A stretch of 64,000 nt of DNA, taken from NCBI RefSeq assembly GCF_018350175.1, contig NC_058368.1:22322001-22386000 (forward strand), in the 5' to 3' direction. The notes under the pieces were generated by a model. It worked only from the letters and a program-made list of their open reading frames with translations, was not told the DNA's origin and searched no databases. This DNA is from Felis catus. Lineage: Eukaryota. Below, piece after piece: positions 37,701 to 51,864 of the stretch. How positions within the stretch are numbered: the first letter of the stretch is position 1; each line of letters begins with the position of its first letter. The translations under genes and the position numbers were made by a program.

Positions 37701-40298
37701 GGGGAAGAATGAGGAGTCTACAAACACAAAAAACAGCTCAGATGTTGCCACTCAGAATGAATGATAAATGTCTATTATACCTTCCCTAAAAATAATACTA
37801 GTAGCAACGATGTTAAGGTGGGATTCCTTCTAGTATGATTCATGAGCCAAAAGGCCTACTTTGTAACATGACATACTACCAAATACAGAAGCAGAAAATA
37901 TTGATGAAGGGCCAACTATAAAATTAATTTGCTCTCAAGAGGTGAAACAGAAATCATCCCATTATATATTCCCAAGAAATAGTGTAATATTCCCCCCAAA
38001 AAGTCAAGACAAGGGATACTCTGTTATTGTGAATTTTTAACATCATGCATGCACACGACACTTCCCTCTGTCAAGAACTGTCTTTTAGTTTGCTTCTCTA
38101 CCACAGGCATGAACCAGGTGGTATCACATATCCATAGGTAAGCTCTAACTTGGCCATGCTTGGCACACCAATCAGTTCCTGAGTTAAGACAAAGAAATGC
38201 CTGTTGTCAACTTTATTAAACTCCCATCTCTGTTACCTACTTTTGTTCAGTTTCTTACATTCTACCACAGCTATTAGTCCACTCTCTTTAGTATATATCT
38301 TTCATAACTATCCCTTAGTTTTTTGATCCACTGCTCACTATAACTATCTCTATTGATTTAAGTCCTGACTGGCATGTCTACGGAGTTTCCTCAGTCTTTT
38401 AAACATTTATTGAGTGCTTCAATTCAGATTCAGCAAACATTTACTGAGCTCCTTCAGGCTCATTTCACCCTCATAGTTACAGCCACTCTAAGAAGCAATC
38501 TATTATTACCTCCACTTTATAGAGAAGCAAACACACCCAGAGAAGTTAAATAACTTGTCTTAGGTCACCCAAATCTAAATCTATCAGTCAAGTACAGTGC
38601 TCCTTCTACTCATCTCTTTCTCCCTAGTAAATTACAATACTCTGTTAGTTTGAATTTAAGGCTTAACTCTACCTCCGGAAACCTATTTTTCAAACTCTCC
38701 CTAAAAACACATCCCCTAGATCCACTAATCCCCAAACCAACCCTTCAAGTCCTGCTCTAGTTGATTCTTCTATTCCCAGCTCCTTTCTCTATACCCAACT
38801 ACACCACTACTGTAACAGGCTAGATAGTGCCCTCAAGATTTCAAGAAAAATTCTACCAATAGAATCTCCTTTTTGGAGAAGTCAAGAGCATCATAGTCTT
38901 GTTTCGGCCTATGGTCTTCCCCTTTACAGACTATACACTATAGCAACTATGTCAATGAATTGTAATTAACTGCTTAATAGATTCTTTTATATATTAAGTT
39001 ATAAAAAACTTGAAACCAATGACTGACCTGAAGAAATACTGATAACTGAAGATACTCTCAAAGCCCCAAAGTAAATGGATATCTGCCACATCCATTATTT
39101 TTGCAGGAAAAAAAAAAAAATCTTAACAGACTTAACTTTGACCATGAAAATCAAGCTTAGTGAAATGAACTTTCTGCTAAAAGCCATCTGAGTATATGTG
39201 AAAATTAAAACCAAGATATACTTTTCATGAATTTTTATACAAACCAGAAAAATTCAGAACCCAAGTCAATTGCTCCCAATTTTCAATAGCAAGGTTAACA
39301 AAGTAGCTTCTTATCTTGAAAGCAAATCTTAATTGTCCACTACAGATACTAAGTTTGTAAATTAACAAAATGTGACTATTATTTTCTTAATCTCCCAAGG
39401 AAGCAGAAGTAGTAATGGTTAGGATCGAAAGCTTTGTGTGATCTTGAGACTAAAATTCATTTGGTTCAACCTACCTACCTCTTGGGATTATTGAAAGAAT
39501 AAGATGATAAAGTTCTTAGTGCAGTGTCTTTTACACAGTGAGCACTCAAAATGTTCCTTCTCCTTATTTATTATGTCATGTCCTTCATCTTTGTTTCCCC
39601 ACCTGTAATATTAAAATCCCTACCATACAAGGCAGTTATGAGAATTAAACATATTGCTTGGTGCAAGCTTGGTACTTATGAAAGCCCATCACTCCCAACT
39701 GTTTAGCATTACTGGGGAATCACAAGTCAAAAAATTAGAAAACTTATAAAGCCCTGGGTTGGGGAAAAAATACACCAGCTCTCAGGAATTATGTATTTGC
39801 TTTTGGGTGGGGGGAGTCTGGTGAGAAGAGAAGAGAAGGAAGAAAAAGAAGATACAGTTTTATAATTATATGATGTAGACAATCATTTAATCACATAATT
39901 AAGTTATGATTTCATAATGATTTGAAGTAATGATTTATAATAATCATTAAAATGCAAGGTTAAACTTAGTTAAAAAACAATCAGGGACTAATACATTGTC
40001 TAAACTAAAACAAAAACAACTTCAGTGGCAACTAAATATACACACAAGAAATTTAAACATTAATTAGAATAATAAATAAAAAAATAAAGAATTTAAACAT
40101 TAATTAGAAGCAACTTCAAAAACAGTCTCATTATTTCATTGTCTTATGAAACCAAAACACCATTTTGAACTGGAGTTTAAGATCCAAATTAACAGGAACC
40201 CACTATTGTGAAGTTTCATTCTGTTTTAAATTTTGCATTCTTCTGAAAGAAATACATGCATACTAGACATAAGGAAATAAACATTTCAGTGTCCTTAC

Positions 40299-40397
40299 CT
40301 GTTGTGTTCCATCTGCACTTACAATAGGGGCAGACAGAAGAGAAATATCACTACTTAAAATCTGAGCTGTATCCAGTAGGGGTGGATGTTCTGCCAT
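40299..40397 (-). CDS. FNDC3A: FNDC3A first coding exon, CDS part (33 codons; whole exon 40436-40299)
   Basis: Translates MAEHPPLLDTAQILSSDISLLSAPIVSADGTQQ, matching the FNDC3A N-terminus as I recall it. ATG is in strong context (ataATGg). Acceptor tttttcag| at 40438-40437; donor CAG|gtaagg at 40298; phase 0. Confidence 0.96.
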
Positions 40398-40436
40398 TAT
40401 CAATAAGACATTAATATACTGGATAACCTTCCAATT
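40398..40436 (-). other. FNDC3A: FNDC3A 5'UTR part of the first coding exon (39 nt), containing the micro-uORF ATG TCT TAT TGA at 40411-40400
   Basis: Lies between the pyrimidine-tract/AG acceptor and the main ATG. Confidence 0.85.
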
Positions 40437-41569
40437 CTGAAAAACAAAAATATATAGCCATTGGTGTGTACATCCTCAAAAATATATTAAAATATAATAC
40501 ATTCAAGATTTATCTCATTCTTTAACCTAAAAAGATATTCTTGTCAAAGGAAATTTTGTAATACTCTTGTTAACTACTTTTTTTCTGTCAATAGACCACT
40601 TAAAGAAATACATTTCTTACAACTTAACCAACTGTATGTCAATGTAGACAGTATAAACTAAGATATAGTCAAACCAATACATGAGAAGCTTCTATTTAAA
40701 TTCCATGTCTGTGTCTCTATCCCTTCCATCTCTATACCATGTTTATTTAACCACCATTATTCTAATGAAATACTAGATAATAATAATTAGTATGGCACAG
40801 GCACTAAAATGCAAAGACTGTGGGAGCAATTCTACCACTAATTTTTTTCTATAAGCAGAGAAGGTGATTTTGAAGACACAATCCCCCCCACCCCATCCTA
40901 GGAACTACACAAGAATTATGATTTGTCACTAATTCCTCAGAGAAAAATGGTAGAAAATTTTGCTGAGGATTAGAATAAAAACCTTCAAGTTTTAAGCTTT
41001 AAACTCTGACACTGGTCTTCTGTCATTCTGGTTTTATTATTCTTTTGTAGGTGACACTTACTTTATAATAAGCCAAATCAGTGATGTCAGTGATGAAAAG
41101 CACATACATTTAGAAATCTTTAACTGCAGACATAGTATCACTTACATAAAAAGTAAAAGACTCGATGTAAGCAATACTAACGTACCATATTAAATGTCAG
41201 CTAATTACAAGTCAAGCTGAACTGAGCTTAATCATAAATATTACCAAATTTATACTAAAAAGCAAAATTACAAACATTTTTGGGTGCTTGGAGAATTCTG
41301 AAATTCAGTAGTGTCAAGCAAAATGTTTATCTTTTGCAAGGTATTAAATTCTTGTTATTTATTTTAAAATCTTGAATCTCTGCAGAAACTCTCAAACATG
41401 TGGATTTAACCTAAAAACAAATTTCTATTTAGATATATAAAAACTACTGTTAAGATTTTTTAAAAATATTCAATATAGGTATCTACATCAAGATTTTATA
41501 CTGAAGACCACAGTAAGCAATATTTTATACTATCTCATAACAATGCATGTCATTAAACACATTATATGT

Positions 41570-41692
41570 GTTATAATTATATATACATATATACATATAA
41601 GACACATATTTATAATGTGTTTAACATACATACACGCACACACATATATATACACACACACATTTTATATTTATACATATATAACATATATA
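41570..41692. repeat. TA/CA low-complexity tract
   Basis: atatacatatatacatat...acacacatatatatacacacaca. Confidence 0.8.
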
Positions 41693-41736
41693 AAGGGGAA
41701 AACCTAACTTTCGGCTTAATCTGTATTGCTGTATTT

Positions 41737-41783
41737 CTTTTCTTTTTTTAAGCTTATTTATTTTGAGAGAGAGAAAGAGAGAA

Positions 41784-41817
<34 letters not shown>

Positions 41818-41984
41818 CGAAAGCGAGCAGGGGAGGGGCAGAAAGAGAGGGAAAGAATCCCAAGCAGGCTCTGTTCTGTCAGCACAGAGCCTAGTGAGGG
41901 GCTCAATCTCGTGAACCATGAAATCAAGACCTGAGACAAAGTCAAGAGTCGGACACTTAACCAACTGAGCCACCCAGGCACCCC
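41737..41984 (-). mobile_element. Can-SINE with GA-rich tract
   Basis: SINE body and tail. Confidence 0.95.
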
Positions 41985-42824
41985 TGTAATGTTGTATTTT
42001 TTAAAGTATGATAAAAGCAGTGGGTAAATCATGTCAAATAATTTTATTCTGTGAATATGCAAAAAGTTGTAAGACAGGAAAGAGACAATGTACTATTTTC
42101 CCTCTTGCATGTCAAAGAAACACTCAGGGACGTTAACAGGACTAACTAGAGAAAGTTTACAGATAATTCATTTTGTAAAATTAGTACATTAAAAAAAGAG
42201 CAAACCACTGAGTACTTTTTGTCATTATATTGTTTAAAATATTTTACATAATATCTTTAACTAAAACTGCAAACTGCCAGTATTACTTGAACTTTAGAAA
42301 CTAATGCTGAAGATATAACCATAATTTGATTTCAAGAGGTGGAATGGAAGCTTTACAAAAAGAAACACAAATTTCTTCTGAAACTCTAGTTAATTCTAAT
42401 AGTACTATTATAGATTGTATCTGAAGCCACGTGCTATTGCTTTAACATTATCATTCCATTTAAGGTGTTATCTCTAATTTTATTCTTTTCAAAGCTCTAG
42501 CATATCAGAAATTTCATTCATCAATTGCTTTCTTGCATGGCTATATCCATTTCACTATATGCAAAGGTTTTATATAAGCTTGCAAATTAGAAATTACAGC
42601 CATGCAACTGAAATGATGCATTTAGAAACATAAATATTCCTTTCAATCCTGTGTAGAGAACACTGTCAGCTTTTTCTTTCAATTTCTTCTAATTCTGTTA
42701 TTCCTATTTCCTACATTTTCATCTCACCTTGTGACTATAAATACCCACTTAAGTTATGCATCTATTTTTATTTTCTAATAAGGTATCATTAGATATATGA
42801 AAAAAAAGGGGGGGGGGACAATTT

Positions 42825-42965
42825 GATGCATTTGCTAATTTTCAGGGAATAAATACTCCCCCGTAGCTCATTTCAAGCTACCGTGGTTTAAAAACTGACC
42901 TGAAAATTCCTGATTTTTAACAATCACCTTTGTATACAAGTACAAGATGGCTCCATATCACTATT
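42825..42965 (-). mobile_element. MER63-like hAT fragment
   Basis: aataaatactccc...atttcaagctacc...aaaattcctga...aacaatc. Confidence 0.6.
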
Positions 42966-43129
42966 TATATCTATAATCTACATATCAATATTAATTTTTG
43001 TAGCAATAATATAATAAAATATTAACATTTGGGAAATCTGGGTGAAGAAAAGCTAGATATATCCATGCTACTCTTGCAACTTTTAAGTCTGAAATTTTAA
43101 TTAGTGCCAAATTAAACAGTATTTAAAAA

Positions 43130-44150
43130 ATCAACACCAGGTAGATTGCAGATCTGAATGTAAAAGGTAAAACAAAAAAGCTTCTAAAAGATAATACACA
43201 AGAATATCTTCATAACCATAAGACAGAGAAAGATTTTTTAAACAGAGTACATATTAGATTTCTTAAATCATAAAAAAAGAATGATATATTGAACTTCATT
43301 GAACAATTAAGAACTACTATTCTTTAAGAAATATCTTTAAGTGAAGGGCAAGCGACAGACTGAGAGAAGCTACTTACAACATATATAACTGAAAGAGAGC
43401 ACATATTTAGCATTTATACAGGCCCCCTACAAATTGATTTAAAAAAAAAATGCCAAGAGACCTGAATACACCCTTTACAAAAGTGGAAATTCAAGGGGCC
43501 AATAAACATATAAAAAGATTCTCAAATTCATTAGCTACTAGGAAAAAGCTAATTAAAAATCATAATGAAATGCCATCATATACTCACTAGGATGATAAAA
43601 ATGAAAAAGACTGACAACATCAAGTATCAGCGAGACTATGGAACAACTGTCATACTCATATGTAATGGGAGTTGAAATTCATAAAATCACTTTGGAAACC
43701 ACTTTGATATTATTTACTAAAGTTGAACATATAAATATTTCATGATCCAGTTATGATCTGGTTATTAGACTCCTAGTCTACCAAAAAGAAATGCAACCAT
43801 ATGTGCATCAAAAGATAAGTACCTGAAAGTGTATATAGCAGCACTATTCTTTCCTAACCCTAAACTGTAAACAATTTAAAATGTCCCTGCACAGTAAATG
43901 GTACCTAATTCATCCAACAGACTACTATATAGCAATGAAAATTAATGAACCAGTGAATAGGGAACAACACACATAAATTTCACAAATACAATGTGAATGA
44001 AAAACAGAATACATACAGTGTAACTCTATTTATAGAAAGTTCAAAACAGAATAAAAACCAATCTATGTGTTAAAAGTCAGGATAGGTAATTGTCTTTGGA
44101 GAAGAAATGATGGGAACTCGGAGGGGCATGAAGGCAGTTTCCGGGGTACT
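43130..44150 (+). mobile_element. Old L1M ORF2 end and 3'UTR
   Basis: gtagattgcagatctgaatgtaaaagg; gccaataaacatataaaaaga; tcactttggaaac; tatagcagcactatt. Confidence 0.8.
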
Positions 44151-44214
44151 CATGATAAAAACACACAACAAACTAGGAATAGAATGCAACTACTCAACAT
44201 AAGAAAGGTGACAG

Positions 44215-45400
44215 ACGACCTGTGTTGGAGTAGCAGTCCTGATGATAGGAGTCACCTTTGGGGTCCTGCTTCCCTTTTCTTGAAAGATAACACATGCTCA
44301 CAGCCTGCCTTCATTCACTTCTGATTTCTGTTTCCTTTAGTCCCAGGAAGCAATGTTTCACTAATATAATCACATCTCTCTTCCAGGCTTCTGTTGAGAT
44401 GCTAATTATAATTAGGTCCATGGTCCACACCCACACTAAAAACCTTCTCAAAAGGCTAGTCAAACAGTTTTGGTGTTCTCTTCAGAGCATACTTTCTCAT
44501 TCTTTGCACTATGGATAGACTGAAAATTTTCCAAATCTTTAAGTTCTGGCTCCTTTTTTGCTTAACAAATCCTTCCTTCAGTTCATTTCTCTCCTATTTT
44601 ACCACAAGCAGTGAGAAGGAATGAAGACACTTCTTCAACACTTTGCTTCAGAACATCCTCAGCTAAATTACCCACTTTTATTTATCACTGTCAATTTCTA
44701 CCTTCCATAAAACATCAGAACATGAACACAACTCAGCCAAATTCTTTGCTCTTTTATAATAAGGATCACCTCTTTCCCCCCCATTATCCAATGGCAATAT
44801 TCCTCATTCCCATCTGAGACCTCTCCAGAATGACCTTTACCATCCATATTTCTACCAATATTTTGATTATGATTATTTATGTATTCTCTAAGAAGATGGA
44901 GGTTTTCTCTTTAGCTCTCTTCTTTCTGAGCTCTCACCAGTTGCCAGTAGCAATCTCTTAAAAGCAATCTTGGCTTTTTTCAGCATGCACTTCAAATTTT
45001 TTCCAGTCTCTACCCCTTACCCAGTTCCAAAGCCACTTCCACATTTTTAAGATACTTGTTATAGCAGCATTCCACTCACTGGTAACCATTACTGTCTTAG
45101 TCAGTTTGGGCTGCTAGATCAAAATACCACAGACTAGGTGGCTTAAACAACATATATTGATTTCTCACAGTTCTAGAGGCTGGGAAGTCCAAGATCAGGG
45201 TCATGTTCTTGGTGAGGGCTCTCTTCCTGGCCAGCAGATGGCTACCTTCTTGCTGTAACCTCACGTGGCCAAGAGAAAGCTCTAGTCTCTTCTTATAAGT
45301 ATACTAACCCATAACGGACATAAACCTCAATAACTCCCAAAGGCCCACCTCCAAATATTATCACATTGAGGGTTAGGGCTTCAGTTTTCCGTCCATAACA
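44215..45400 (-). mobile_element. MaLR element: MLT1A-type LTR (45093-45400) plus adjacent internal sequence (44215-45092)
   Basis: LTR tgtcttagtcagtttgggctgct...tccataaca. Next to it on the minus strand is tggttaccagtgagtggaatgctgct, typical of a MaLR-int start. Confidence 0.8.
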
Positions 45401-45725
45401 GTACTTAGATATAGTACTGTGCTTTCTCACTCAGTCACTACTAATTTAGAATTATAGATTCTAAATCTGTATTAAATTTTTTACTCAAATATTCTGCCAG
45501 TTTTTCTTCCTTAAACTCCCTATTCATATCAATTTATTCTACCTGAATTCTATTTTAAGGATGCTGCTGCTGGAATCTAAGGTGGCTAGCTCATAATAAT
45601 GAGCTATACCCAGAGTTTGAAACTTCAGTTCTAGTTGTTTAAAAAGTATTTATGGGAAAATGCATAGCAGGATCATACTTGGATTACAGCCACAGCATGA
45701 GAGGTCCAAAGGAAAAGTATGTACA

Positions 45726-45938
45726 TTTATTATTTTTTTTAACGTTTATTTATTTTTGAGACAGAGAGAGACAGAGCATGAACGGGGGAGGGTCAGAGAG
45801 AGGGAGACACAATCTGAAACAGGCTCCAGGCTCTGAGCTGTCAGCATAGAGCCCGACGCGGGGCTGGAACTCACGGACCGCGAGATCATGACCTGAGCCA
45901 AAGTCGGCCACTTAACTGACTGAGCCACTCAGGCGCTC
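45726..45938 (-). mobile_element. SINEC_Fc
   Basis: TSD gaaaagtatgtac. Confidence 0.96.
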
Positions 45939-46904
45939 TGAAAAGTATGTACGTTTAGATTAAAATATCCAATGTGTTTTTCTGGTCTTTTGTCTAAATC
46001 AATGCAACTATAAATTATAGGACTGTAAGGCCATATCTGAAATCACAAAACTATTACATACTCCAAAGAGTTTGAGTATCATATTTAAATCCAGAATTTA
46101 GGAGTACTTGAAAATATACATATGAAAAAGCATTAAGTAAAAAATACTGCGGTAGCAACTGTATTAAGACAATGCAATTATGGTAATTTTTTCTCTATTG
46201 CCAAAATTTTTTATAATGTGGATATGGTTATACCACTTTCATCAAAATTTCAATTTAAAAATAAATAGTTAGCTTGTAAAGCCCTAGCCAACTACAATTA
46301 TATTTGGGTTACTGGCCATCATATGTCATTAATTTTGCTTGAGCTTGGACTTTATCCAAATTAATAATTCATCTTACAAACTGATACACTAACATGTATT
46401 TTTCCAAATTAGACCTCTATTTTATTTTTTTTAACTTTTGGATTTTTTTACTTTCCAAACTTGATTATATTATATTTTTAAAAAACACTTTAAATCACCT
46501 GTAGTGGAATTTCCTGAGATGAAAGTCATGGGACTCACTCTGCAAAATCATCCTATCATTTCTTATCAGAAGCCTACAACAAATATTTTCTAGATTTTAT
46601 TTAACAATGAGATGTTATTATTTTATATTTTTCCCCAGACTAATTCTTTCAATTACACTGATGTTAACTATACTCCAGAAAAATGACTCTTAAATATAGG
46701 TTATTAACTACATGTATAATTTTGGTTCACTTAAATTTCCACATCTCGATGTGAACTGTTATCAAGACACAAAGGAAGTTGTATTTTGTTTAATTATGAA
46801 AGAAATTTATATTCACATAGAAATAAGGAAAAAGGATAGTAGGAAAAGATAGCGCTATCAATAGTTTTAAATGACAGATATCAAATAGAAAAAAATAAGA
46901 TAAT

Positions 46905-47116
46905 TAAAAAAATTTTTTTTAATGTTTATTTTTGAGAGACAGACACAGAGCACAAGCAGGGGTGGGGCAGAGAGAGAGGAGACACAGAATCTGAAGCAGG
47001 CTCCAGGCTCCAAGCTGTCAGCACAGAGCCTGATGCGGGGCTCGAATTCACGAGCTGTGAGATCGTGACCTGAGTTGAAGTCAGACACTTAACCAACTGA
47101 GCCACCCAGATGCCCT
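46905..47116 (-). mobile_element. Can-SINE
   Basis: SINE body and tail. Confidence 0.95.
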
Positions 47117-47169
47117 CAAAATTCAACAATTCTTAAGCATTCAAAAGACCTATGATTAATCCAGGCTTT

Positions 47170-49750
47170 AATTACTTTGTTATTATGAAATGACCCTCCT
47201 TATCCCTGTATGTAATAATAGTCTCTGTTCTGAAATATAACTTCTGATGTAATATAGTAACTCCAGCTTTCTTTTGGGGAGTGTTAACATGGTATATTTT
47301 TTCATCCTTTTGCTACTAACTTCTATGTACCTTTAAATTTAAAGTAAGTTTCCTGTAGATACTATATATTCGGGTCTAGATTAAAAAAAAAAATCTAATC
47401 CAACGATCTCTGCCTTTTAATTATGGTATTATAGTATTTAGACCATTCATATGTAATATAATTATTGATATGGTTAGGTTTAAATGTACATGTGTTCTTT
47501 ATTTCTTTTTTCTTACTTATCTGCTTTATTTCCATTATTCTATCATTTATCTTTGTTGGCTTACAGTCTATTATTTATTCTTTTTTACTCTACTGGTTGC
47601 TTTAGGGTTTGTAATATGTATCTTTAACCAAAGACTAACTTCAAGTAACATTATACTAATTCAGGTATAAGAACCTTGTTAACAATACACCTGCAACGTC
47701 TCCCCTTCTGAGCTTTGTGCTATTGCTGTTATATATTTCCTCATGTTATAAACCCTATAATCATTATCACTTTTACATTAAAGTCAACAGTCTTTTAAAG
47801 ATACCAAAATTTTATTTTTTTTATTTTTTTTTAACGTTTTTTTATTTATTTTTGAGACAGAGAGAGACAGAGCATGAACGGGGGAGGGGCAGAGAGAGAG
47901 AGGGAGACACAGAATCGGAAGCAGGCTCCAGGCTCTGAGCCATCAGCCCAGAGCCCGACGCGGGGCTCGAACTCACGGGCCGCGAGATCGTGACCTGAGC
48001 TGAAGTCCGACGCTTAACCGACTGAGCCACCCAGGCGCCCCATAAAGATACCAAAATTTTAAAACATTGTATATATTTACCCATTAATTACCATTTCCTG
48101 TGCTCTTCATTCCTTTCTATAGGTCCAGGTATCCTTATGGTTTAATTCTAATTAATTAATTAAATATTAATATTAATTAATAATAAATTCTTTCAGCTTT
48201 TCTATGTTTAAAAAGTATTTGCCTGTTTTTGAAAGATACTTTTGCTTGGTAAAGAGTTCTAGATGGCAGTTTTTTCTTTCAATGTTTTAAAAATACTGCT
48301 CCACTATCTTCTAGCTTAAATTGCTTCTGATGAGTAATCTGCTTTTACCCTTATCTTTGCTCTGTTTTTCTTTGGCTGTTTTCAACTTTTTTTTTCTCTT
48401 TGTCACTTGTTTTAAGTGATTTGGTTATCATGTTCCTTGATACAATTTTGTTCATTTTCCTTATGTGGTGTTTCTTGGTTTACAGTTTTTATCATATTTG
48501 AAAAAATTTTGGCCCTTATTTCTTCAATTTTTCTTTCAGTTCATCTTTTAAATAATTCTCTTTTATGTCTCATTTTGGATAATTTTTATTGGTAGGTCTT
48601 CATCTTTTCTTTGGTAATGTATAGCATCCCATTAATCCAATCTCATGTGCTTATCTTGATACTACAATTTTAGTCTAGAAGATCCCTCCATTTAACATGT
48701 TCAATTTTACTTCCACCTTATCCAGCATACCAAATACAGTTATAACTGTTTTAATGTTCTTGACTACTAATTCACCATGATATCTTTCTGGGGTCAGTTT
48801 TTGTAAGTTTATTTATCTATTTTGAGAGAGACAGAGAGTGAGTGAGAGAGGGAGAATCCCAAGCAGGCTCAATGTGCTCAGTGCACAGAGTCCAACTCAG
48901 GGCTCAAACTCATTAAACTGTGAGATAATGACTTGAGACAAAATCAAGAGGTGGACATTTAACCAACTGAGCCATGCAGGTGCCCCGGGGTCAGTTTTAA
49001 GTCCGTAATTTTTCTCGCGTATTATCTGCTTCTTCACAGCCTTAGTAGTTTTGATTGAATGTCAGACACTGTAAAGTTTATCTTATTGGCTACTGGATAT
49101 TTTTGCATTCCTGTAAATATCCTTGAGCTTTGCTCTGAGATGTTGTTAAGTGACTTGGGTCATGCTTTAGGCAACAACAGAATTGTGTTCTTGTGCTGGA
49201 TGGGTAAAAAGAACATTTGTTAATTTTTTCCCACTACTGAGGTAACAAGATACTCCAGAGCATTCTACCAAATACCCTGTGAATTACCAGGCTTTCTACT
49301 CTGGCTGATGCAAAGAAGTACTATTTCTGGCCCTGTGTGAGTCTGGATGCTGTTCTATAGAATCCTTTTAGATGGGTCTTTCTCTAACCTGGAGTAGCTT
49401 CCTTACACATATGCATTTACCAGTACTAAGTGCTCAAGGGGGATCCTCTCCAGATCTTTGAGGTCCTTCCTTATTCTATGTAGCTCTTTCCTCTCTGGTA
49501 CTCTTTCCTGCATAATCTAGTCTCCTTTGACTGCAAGTTCCATTAATTCAGATTGCCCTGTGCCATGCCCCAGAAACTTTCTCTAGGTAGTAATAAGGGT
49601 ATCAATAATAGGGCTTGCCTTGTTTTCCCTCTTTCATGGCCTGATATCTAACATCTTGAGTAATACTGTTTCATCATTTTTTTTTTTAAGTTGTTTCAGG
49701 CAGAAGAGTAAATTCATTCCCTTTCAGTTCTTCTTGACAGGGAACCAAAT
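47170..49750 (-). mobile_element. Old L1M fragment (5'/ORF-proximal region) with SINE insertions at 47809-48041 and 48803-48986 (both minus)
   Basis: actccagctttcttttg; tttagaccattcatatgtaatataattattgata; ttttgaaagatacttttgct; SINE TSDs taaagataccaaaatttt and ggggtcagtttt. Confidence 0.75.
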
Positions 49751-50934
49751 TCCCTACTCTTAATTTTTAAAATACCCAATAGACAATAGAAAGGTGAATG
49801 AATTTATCACAGGTAAAAACCAAATGACTATGCTTTAAAAGCACGATTTTTTAAAAGTATGGTCCAGGCTTCACCAATGGCAATGTGCTCTTGATATGTC
49901 CTGAACTAAAAGAAAAATCAATGTTCTTTTCACAGATATTTTGGGCAAATGACCACAATTCTTTAGCTTTTATTTCTGTGTAAGGCTAAGTGTTACTAGC
50001 AGCCTGCAGAGTGAGCTCGTATTTGCTATTAAAACATGTTATTTACAAAGTAAAATTAGTACATTTCAAAAGATTACTTGGGCCTCTAATTCAGGGTTCT
50101 ACTAAGACATTTAGCTGCCATGCAACACAGTAAGGATTCCCACAATTTGAAGGAAGATAATTTTCATTATCTGTTTATCTATCATCAGTGCTCTCTTCAA
50201 TTGTACTGGTTTTTGTGGTATTTTCAATTGGTCATGGTTTTCAAGTTCAATAACTTTTATTTATAAATTACTACATGTTTACCTTTATCATTCCCATATT
50301 CAACTTAGTTTTTGGAGAACGCTGATTAACCCAATAATGTACAATGATACATATATACATTAACCATATTTTTGGCTTATTACTTTAACCTTGTTGCGTA
50401 AGTAGATGTATTTATAGACCTTCCAATTTGGCTCATATGGTAGCATTTCATCAGCAATCTGCTGTTTATGAACTTATGTTACTTAAATAAATTACAACAT
50501 ATTTTCATGCTAAGTGCAATAATGTATTTTTACACATAGGGCAGTGTTTACAGGGCATAATTCTGTAATAGGTTGAACCATATAAAATCATTTTTTAAGG
50601 TAACCACCTGAAAAAATTGTCATTTTTAAGGTAAAAAATATGAAAATAACAATTTTATATGGCTTAACCTAATAGAGCAAATACACATTTTACATATAAA
50701 ATATATATTTCATTTCCTTATAAGGTAAGTGACAATTTATACGGATTGTCAGCAACAAATTTACCATAACTTATCTTATTCTCTAATTCCTTGTCTACTG
50801 GAAAGGTGGAAGTTGATGAATGGGTGGGCCTCTGTCTTTTATCCCACGTAAGTGAACAGAGGTTTAAAAAAAGAGGGAAAGGTTGAAAGTCACGGCCATT
50901 ACTCTCCATTGCCAGATAAACTAAACGCAACTTA

Positions 50935-51158
50935 ATTAAAAAAAAATTTTTTAACCTTTATTTACCATTGAGAGACAGAGAGAGACAGACCGTGAGCAGG
51001 GGAGGGGCAGAGAGAGAGGGAAACACAGAATCCGAAGTAGGCTCCAGGCTCCGAGCTTGTCAGCACAGAGCCTGATGTGGGGCTCGAACTCACCAACTGA
51101 GAGATCATGACCTGAGCCAAAGTCGGACATTTAACCGACTGAGCCACCCAGGCGCCCC
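50935..51158 (-). mobile_element. Can-SINE
   Basis: SINE body; degenerate TSD taaac.caa.ttaattaa. Confidence 0.95.
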
Positions 51159-51864
51159 TAAACACAATTTAATTAAGCACTCAAGAGATAAAGCCCCAGT
51201 TCCTCCACTACAAAATCACACCTAATACTAACATGAAAATCTGGTTAAAATGGACTTCAAAGGCACTTTTGATGAAAAAGACATCAAGAAGAAACATCTA
51301 TTCAGGAAACTATGGGAACTGAGAGCAGGAGTTGCTTCCAAGAAATCAACCCTATCCATTAAAGGACAGATAGTATACACATAAATAAGATTTTTTAAAG
51401 TGCCATCTTCTTAAATTCCATTTTATAGTTCTAGCTGTCGATGCTTTCAGAGCACTTGAGTTACCTTTAGAGCCCAAGGTAATTACATCTGCCACAATTC
51501 TATTTTCACCTACAAATATTTTATTACCCTTTTAAAATATACCCACTTATAAATTATATTCACTTTGCTTTTTTAGAATTTCAAATTCTTGGTTACATCT
51601 ATCAGAATGACTTTGAAGACTAAACCAGTAGTTTCAGAATATTTTCTGACCAAAATTAACACCCTGGCATCTAGGTTCACAATAGAAGGGTTTGCATTCC
51701 CCTGCAAAAGCTACTGTATTACTATAACTTCACCATATTTAACATGTTTCCTTCTAAACAGAGAATTTTATAAGACATCATAAGAAAATCAACAACATTT
51801 TTGCATTTCCCCTAAGAAAGATTTGTCTGTAGAACCCAGTATTTTAATATTGTTCTTTTTGTTT

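Larger units (their letters stand above)
21001..40298 (-). other. FNDC3A: FNDC3A intron between the two coding exons (19,298 nt, GT-AG)
   Basis: Canonical splice sites join the two exons in frame. Confidence 0.9.

Noticed and set aside
41078..41225. C/D snoRNA (TGATGA...CTGA)
   Set aside because: On the strand opposite the host gene, with no terminal stem or recognisable guide; the tcagtgatg duplication explains the motif.
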